Of a stretch of DNA of 64,000 bases, positions 58,336-64,000 are shown piece after piece (within the stretch, counting starts at the first letter, position 1; each line of letters begins with the position of its first letter). The stretch lies in assembly GCA_965207455.1 (NCBI GenBank), contig CBDBMJ010000001.1, positions 96,001 to 160,000 of the forward strand, read 5' to 3'. Below the pieces are notes generated by a model that saw only the letters and a program-made list of their open reading frames with translations, made no database searches and was not told the DNA's origin. This DNA is from Bdellovibrionota bacterium (lineage in GTDB: Bacteria > Bdellovibrionota > UBA1018 > CAIPTA01 > JAALKR01). The translations under genes and the position numbers were made by a program.

Positions 58336-59279
58336 AGAAAGCAAAAGACTTATCTTTTTTTTGTTTTGGAATTTTTCTGCTCACTTGCTTGAATTTTAAT
58401 ATTGTATATGCCGCTCCTCCCTCAATAAAAGTCCTAGGACATCAGACTCACTCAGTGGGTTCTCTCGTTCGAATAGAAATAACCATTCCCAGAGAGTTAC
58501 AGGAAGAGAACACAGTGTGGTCCGTAACGTTTGATTCCCCAGAAAAGTGGGTTCCCCATGGGCCTTTATTAATCAATGCCTATTCCCTAGAGGCCCCCCG
58601 TGATCGAAAAAAATATATACGCCTAAGGGGTATTATTCTGGACAAGGGTTCAAAGGTCATACCACCGTTTCAAATATATAGAGAGGGTGAGGAAGAGAAG
58701 ATTGAAACTGGTGTTGTTTTTATCACTGGAAAGAGTTCACTCACTCCTGCGGATAAAGCACCGATTTGGTTGTTAGGACCATTGGGTCTCCATGCTTTGA
58801 ATAAACCTTTGATTGGTATTTTTTCTGTGCTTGGTTTAATTCTCGTTCTACTTCTTTTATTCTTTTTATGGCGTAAGTGGAGAACTCCAAAAAAGGTGAT
58901 TCCCTTGCTACCCATAGAGATTTTTGAAAGGCGAGCAAAGAAGTTACAGGATCAGGCAGGAGACTGGAAGCTATTTTCCTTTGGGCTATCATTAGCGCTA
59001 CGGGAATTCCTCTCCAAGGAGTTGAATGTAAATTGTTTGGAATCCACAGATAGGGAACTCATCATTCAGTTAAGGGGAATACCTCTTAGCGAGTCCATTG
59101 TAGTGGAAATAGAAAAGATATTATTGGAGATTAAAGAATCTCGGTACAGTATAAAGGTATTATCCATTGAGGAGACAACTGGGCTTATTCGGAAGAGTGG
59201 CAAATTGATACGCGTTTGTCAATCCAGCCTGCATCCACAAGATGATCAAAGCACGAAGAGTGGAGGGGCTTCAAGATGA
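58332..59279 (+). CDS. BatD-like/DUF4381 membrane protein
   Basis: Signal peptide, single TM, LREFL......LEST..E; position in the Bat operon. Confidence 0.65.
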   Translation: MKKAKDLSFFCFGIFLLTCLNFNIVYAAPPSIKVLGHQTHSVGSLVRIEITIPRELQEENTVWSVTFDSPEKWVPHGPLLINAYSLEAPRDRKKYIRLRGIILDKGSKVIPPFQIYREGEEEKIETGVVFITGKSSLTPADKAPIWLLGPLGLHALNKPLIGIFSVLGLILVLLLLFFLWRKWRTPKKVIPLLPIEIFERRAKKLQDQAGDWKLFSFGLSLALREFLSKELNVNCLESTDRELIIQLRGIPLSESIVVEIEKILLEIKESRYSIKVLSIEETTGLIRKSGKLIRVCQSSLHPQDDQSTKSGGASR

Positions 59280-60268
59280 ATTTCTATTATCCCGCAATGC
59301 TTCTTCTCCTTATTCCCATCTGGATATTTTTATATTTTTTGTATAAAAAGCAGGTATCGTATAAGAGCATATCCTTTCCCATAGAAAACAGTTCCATGGG
59401 AGAGTTCTCTTCCAATTGGGTAGCAAGAATATTATTTTTTATCAAAGCGCTGATATTGACGGGTTTAGTGGTATGTTTGGCTCGTCCCCAGACCTTGTTG
59501 AAATATTCTCAGCGCACCACTAGTGGTATAGACATTATGATTGCTTTTGACGTTTCAAAAAGTATGCTAGTGGAAGATTATAATGAGCAAAGTCGACTTA
59601 ACTTAGGCAAACAAACCATAAAGGATTTTATAAAAGGACGAAAAGATGATCAAATAGGATTTTTGATGTTTTCTGGAGAAGGAGCTACCCTATGTCCTCC
59701 CACACTGGATTACGGCACTTTACTAGCAGCAGTGGAATTAGCAGATACAGATCAGTTGAAGGATGGAACAGCCATAGGCGATGCTTTAGCTGGTGCCACC
59801 AATCGTCTCAAAGACAGTAAATCGAAATCGAAGATAATTATACTCATCACGGATGGAGATAATAATATGGGTTCTGTGGCACCTTTGACTGCGGGAGGAA
59901 TTGCCAAGGGATATGGCATTAAGGTATATTCCATTGCTTTGGGTAGGAGGGGTGCGAATAGAATACCAATCATTGACCGAAGGTTTGGAAGACCGAGAAA
60001 AATATACCAAACTATCAATACTACCATCAATCCAGCTTTACTAAAGAAAATATCGAAAGAAACGGGAGGGAAATTTTTTCGTGCAGAAAAGGAAGGTTCT
60101 CTTGAGCGTGTTTTTAAGGAAATAGATCGATTGGAGAGAAGTAAGATTAAAGTACGAGAGCAAAAACAAAAAGAAGAAAATTTCCAGTATTTTTTGATTC
60201 TCACACTTTTGTTGATTATTGTTGAATTGATTTTATCAAAAACCAGATTAAGGATACTACCCAACTAA
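59276..60268 (+). CDS. batA: vWA domain protein BatA
   Basis: LARPQ, DVSKSM, GTAIGDAL, LITDG.NN.G. Confidence 0.88.
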   Translation: MNFYYPAMLLLLIPIWIFLYFLYKKQVSYKSISFPIENSSMGEFSSNWVARILFFIKALILTGLVVCLARPQTLLKYSQRTTSGIDIMIAFDVSKSMLVEDYNEQSRLNLGKQTIKDFIKGRKDDQIGFLMFSGEGATLCPPTLDYGTLLAAVELADTDQLKDGTAIGDALAGATNRLKDSKSKSKIIILITDGDNNMGSVAPLTAGGIAKGYGIKVYSIALGRRGANRIPIIDRRFGRPRKIYQTINTTINPALLKKISKETGGKFFRAEKEGSLERVFKEIDRLERSKIKVREQKQKEENFQYFLILTLLLIIVELILSKTRLRILPN

Positions 60269-62184
60269 TGATATTTCGCGGATTACATTTTTCAGACCCT
60301 TATTACCTTTTGTTGCTTTTGGCTTTAGTGCCCATTATTGGATTTTTATTCTTTACCCATAATACTCTTATCCAACGTCTTCAGAAAATACTGAGTTTAG
60401 AGCAAATCTATAAAAAAGAACTCATCACATCTTCTAGTAAAGCGCTCACAACTCCTATGATTTTATTTCTCCTTGCTCTTGCTTTATTTGTTTTAGCACT
60501 GGCCAGACCACAAGCAAATCCCACAGAGATGGAGGAGGAAATCCATGTATTGGATATCATGATACTCTTAGATACGTCCAAGAGTATGGCAACAGAAGAT
60601 ATTTATCCCAACCGGTTAGAAAAAGCACGGCATGCAATTTCCACCTTAATCGACAATGTAAAGGGAGATAGAATAGGTTTAATTGCTTTTGCTGGTGACG
60701 CAGTTTTAGTTTTTCCTCTTACTACTGATCATAGTATATTGAAAAACACTTTAAAGTCCATTGATACGGATACTATTGGACGACAGGGAACAAACCTAGA
60801 GCTAGCCATCACCACTGCCATGAATGCTTTTTTGAGAGGGTCCATAGAAAAAATTGGTGAGAGTGAGACATTTTATATAGTTATCTTCACCGATGGAGAG
60901 AATACCACAGGAAAGGCCATAACCTCTGTTGAAAAGGCATATAAAAATGGCGTGATCTCCAATATTGTTTCCATAGGAACGGATAAAGGTGCTCCCATAC
61001 CCATAAGAGATAGGAATGGCTTTTTGATTTCTTATAAAAAAAATAAATCGGGTGGCACTGTTATTTCTAAAGTGGATACTAAGGAGCTATCCCGTCTTGC
61101 CAAGAAAGGTGGTGGGAATTTGTATAGAGCAACAACCCAAGAATCGGAAATACGTTCTTTGGTAAAAAGCATGAGCTCTTTGGGGAGAATTGACGGAAAA
61201 ACTGCTAAGTTTATGGTGTATGAGGAATATTTTGTTATTCCTCTTTCTCTGGGCATTCTCCTTTTGCTTATTAGTTTTGTGCCTGTGCACGTATGGAAAA
61301 CTATTATTCGTTGGAGAGGGCGATCTTTGATTCCCTTTCTTTTGATTGTTGGAATGATGGGCGTTAGCGATAGTGCTTATTCTAATGAAAACACAGAGGG
61401 AGAACAGCAAGAAGGCCAGCAAGAAAGCCAGAGTATTCTTGATATGCCGCAGGATTTCAAAGAAGAAGAAAGGCTTGTAAAAATTCCTACCTTGTTTTTA
61501 TATCCTCCTCCTAAAAGCACATTATTTTTAAATGAAGAGGGGAAAAAATCTTTCTCTGCCATAGAAAAATATAAAGAAGGCGAGTACCAACGTTCCATGG
61601 AGTTATTTAATGAGTTATTGGTAGATGACCATCGCTCACCTGACCTGATCTATAATTCAGGAACTTCCATGATTGCAAGTGGCGAGCATGAAAAAGGGCG
61701 ATCTTTGTTGCGACTTTTAGAGAAAGCAACTATCCAAAGCATGGGAGAGTTTAATGAAGCCGGTTCCTACGGATTAGAAAAAAATAGAGGAAGGGCTATT
61801 CTTGGGTATGCGGATGTGGTAGAGAAATTGAGCGAAAAAAAAGAACTCTCTAAGGAAGAAAGTATCATTTTAGAACAAGCTAGAAAAAATCTAGAAATTC
61901 TAGTGATGGAGCAAAAGAAACAAAATAAAAAATCCCAGAAAAAAAATGATGGCAAAGGTAAGAATAAAGATAAGGATGGCAATAAAGGTGATAAAAAAGA
62001 TGAGAAAAATAAAAACTATATGGGTAAAAGGAAGAAATTTAAAGAGAATGAACAAGTATCCGAAGAAAATGCTGCAAGGATTTTAAAGGAATTGAGCTAT
62101 CAAGAATCTCTTTTGAAGAAAAAACTCCTTAGGCGCAGGACGAGGAATAAAAGACAGCAGTCCAGACCAGTAAAGGATTGGTAG
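60268..62184 (+). CDS. batB: vWA protein BatB fused to a BatC-like TPR/charged tail
   Basis: DTSKSM, PLTTD, FTDGE, then TPR-like YNSG, ARKNLE and C-terminal KDW. Confidence 0.8.
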   Translation: MIFRGLHFSDPYYLLLLLALVPIIGFLFFTHNTLIQRLQKILSLEQIYKKELITSSSKALTTPMILFLLALALFVLALARPQANPTEMEEEIHVLDIMILLDTSKSMATEDIYPNRLEKARHAISTLIDNVKGDRIGLIAFAGDAVLVFPLTTDHSILKNTLKSIDTDTIGRQGTNLELAITTAMNAFLRGSIEKIGESETFYIVIFTDGENTTGKAITSVEKAYKNGVISNIVSIGTDKGAPIPIRDRNGFLISYKKNKSGGTVISKVDTKELSRLAKKGGGNLYRATTQESEIRSLVKSMSSLGRIDGKTAKFMVYEEYFVIPLSLGILLLLISFVPVHVWKTIIRWRGRSLIPFLLIVGMMGVSDSAYSNENTEGEQQEGQQESQSILDMPQDFKEEERLVKIPTLFLYPPPKSTLFLNEEGKKSFSAIEKYKEGEYQRSMELFNELLVDDHRSPDLIYNSGTSMIASGEHEKGRSLLRLLEKATIQSMGEFNEAGSYGLEKNRGRAILGYADVVEKLSEKKELSKEESIILEQARKNLEILVMEQKKQNKKSQKKNDGKGKNKDKDGNKGDKKDEKNKNYMGKRKKFKENEQVSEENAARILKELSYQESLLKKKLLRRRTRNKRQQSRPVKDW

Positions 62185-62201
62185 GAATTCGGTGAGCCTT
62201 T

Positions 62202-62957
62202 ATGAGAAATAAAAAGATTATTTTTCTATCCCTGTGTTTTTTAGTAGCAACGGGATTTGCCTATTTGCTGGTCACATTGCCGGATATATCGCCTATAGTG
62301 AGAGGATATCCTGTTACTCAACACAATAAAAAAGACAAAATAAGTATTACGGTCCAAAGACAAAAACCCCATAACTGGGTATCTTTAGAGTCTATTTCGC
62401 CAGAGGCCTCGGGGGCTGTTATAATCAGTGAGGATTGGGCGTTCTATGATCACTCAGGTTACGATCCACAACAAATATATAGGATAATTAAGGACAGTCT
62501 ATGGGCAATGAGGCTCACTCGAGGCGCAAGCACCATTACTCAGCAAGTGGCTAGAAATGTTTTTTTGACGAAAAACAAAACAATTATTCGTAAAATACGG
62601 GAGCTTTGCTTGGCGTACCAGATAGAAAAAAGAGTGAGCAAAAAAAGAATTTTAGAAATTTATTTTAATATTGCTCATTGGGGATATGGGATATTTGGTA
62701 TCAGAGATGCTTCGGAATTTTATTTCCAAAAGCTCCCTCTGGAATTAAATGCCAAAGAGGGAGCATTCCTTGCCATGCTTTTGCCCAGCCCCAAGCGCTA
62801 TAGCGTGTCTCACCGAGAAGGAAAGCTTTCTCCCTATGCCCAAAAAACTGTCGATACAATATTAGATAAAATGGTGCAAGCCCAGTATATTACCCAAGAG
62901 TACCGTGAAGAAATGGGCGCATTTCCTCTATTTGTGCAATTAACAGAAGAGCTTTAA
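62202..62957 (+). CDS. mtgA: Monofunctional peptidoglycan transglycosylase
   Basis: SED..FY.H.G, RGASTITQQVARN.FL, RKIRE, ILEIYFN. Confidence 0.9.
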   Translation: MRNKKIIFLSLCFLVATGFAYLLVTLPDISPIVRGYPVTQHNKKDKISITVQRQKPHNWVSLESISPEASGAVIISEDWAFYDHSGYDPQQIYRIIKDSLWAMRLTRGASTITQQVARNVFLTKNKTIIRKIRELCLAYQIEKRVSKKRILEIYFNIAHWGYGIFGIRDASEFYFQKLPLELNAKEGAFLAMLLPSPKRYSVSHREGKLSPYAQKTVDTILDKMVQAQYITQEYREEMGAFPLFVQLTEEL

Positions 62958-63002
62958 CTGTTCTCTAAAGAAGGCTTTTATATATTTGTAATAAACTATG
63001 AT

Positions 63003-63503
63003 TTATTTAGCACCATCAATTAGTACTGTGGTATAGTTCACATCAGAGTCAGATATGAGATGTTTATCCTCTGTTGAAATATCCACGATGGCAGCACCAT
63101 TTTCAGTCAAAATCGCAGCCATGTCAAAGAATCCTAAAGCAAGATTCAGAGTTAAAGCTGCGACTGTAAAAAGCGCACAGCCGATTACTGCGGCAGCAAT
63201 TGTGAAAGCAGCCGATACTGCAATTATACTCAAGATCAACGGTAAGCCGCTTACAGCAGCAACTGAAGCAGCAGATAAAAGAACGGCGCTAGTAGAAGAA
63301 ATGAAGCCAGCTATAAGAGTGGAGGGAGGGACAACTAGAGTAGCAAAAAGTCCAGCTTCATAGCATACATTCTTTATAAGAGGCGAGATTCATTCAGATT
63401 TTCCTTCGGTACCAGTAGTGTTGGAATATCCGGTTGTTGGTAGTGCTATGGAAAATACCATCACTAGAATTATTACCATATTTTTGCTTCGTCGATTTTT
63501 AAT
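63003..63503 (-). pseudogene. Secreted/hydrophobic protein gene with an in-frame TGA at 63390-63392
   Basis: AAGGAG RBS then ATT (63503) or ATG (63479), signal peptide, one in-frame stop, then continues into ORF 63003-63239. Confidence 0.6.
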
Positions 63504-63539
63504 AATATATCTCCTTCTTGATAAATAAATTTGTTGAGC

Positions 63540-64000
63540 TTAAAATCCTCTAGTATCGAACATAATCTCCAAACGCTCATCTTTTGATTTAAATCTTGCT
63601 TCTCCAATCTCCACTATGAAATCAGCGAGTTCATCTTCTGTCATTTTGCCCTGTACTGGGATTATGGCATCCCTTAAAATGTCATACTCCATATATGTGA
63701 GGTAACATTCAATAGGAAGTGTGATGGCTATGATCGGAAGTATTACCCACCAGGTTTTTACTGCCAGTCCTATTAATATTCCACTCCCATAAACTGCATC
63801 CTTAGTTGCACTCATAACAGATGTTCCTCTATCCAGACTGTAATTATTCCAACAGCTAAATTCTCCGTTTTTTACAGATAGGAACTCATAGGGCTCGAGT
63901 CTTCGAGATGATTTTGGTACGGGTTTTTCATCTATATCTCTAGTTGCGGTTGCAAGCTCTGGAATAAGCAAGGTCAAGCAGAGTAATATACTTATTATTT
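63540..64000 (-). CDS. Hypothetical secreted/membrane protein (5' runs off window), paralog of 51401-51969
   Basis: Frame open to window end; shared motifs. Confidence 0.65.
   Translation of the reverse strand, partial: IISILLCLTLLIPELATATRDIDEKPVPKSSRRLEPYEFLSVKNGEFSCWNNYSLDRGTSVMSATKDAVYGSGILIGLAVKTWWVILPIIAITLPIECYLTYMEYDILRDAIIPVQGKMTEDELADFIVEIGEARFKSKDERLEIMFDTRGF

Noticed and set aside
63390..63392. Genetic code reassignment (TGA as sense)
   Set aside because: TGA terminates other genes in the window, such as the DMT transporter at 28259 and ddl at 31415, and core genes have no internal TGA

Overview
Bacterial chromosomal window. Gene content suggests a Bdellovibrionota/delta-proteobacterial-type genome (lptE-holA, tandem ArsA ATPases, RpoH, Bat/MoxR operon, many orphan secreted proteins); this taxonomy is inference. 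Intact housekeeping blocks: DUF1015, dciA, lptE-holA; rfaD, mutL-miaA-ppsR; ddl-arginase; rpsO-pnp; deoB-pdp-punA-deaminase-dapF; yggS-add-RluA; moxR-Bat-mtgA. These alternate with AT-richer accessory tracts. (1) A large serine recombinase island at tRNA-Ala(GGC), ~6.3-22.5 kb, with IS remnants and secreted cargo. (2) A tract downstream of tRNA-Met (32.4-37.6 kb) with an array of ~225-285 bp multi-hairpin repeats, each ending in a copy of the tRNA 3' end (CCA), followed by secreted-protein genes. (3) A 42.8-45.6 kb tract. The most unusual signals are the tRNA-linked structured repeat array and a set of promoter, leader and terminator modules re-used around unrelated secreted-protein genes across all three tracts, which suggests a cassette-like system. 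All alignments were done by eye; no searches were run.
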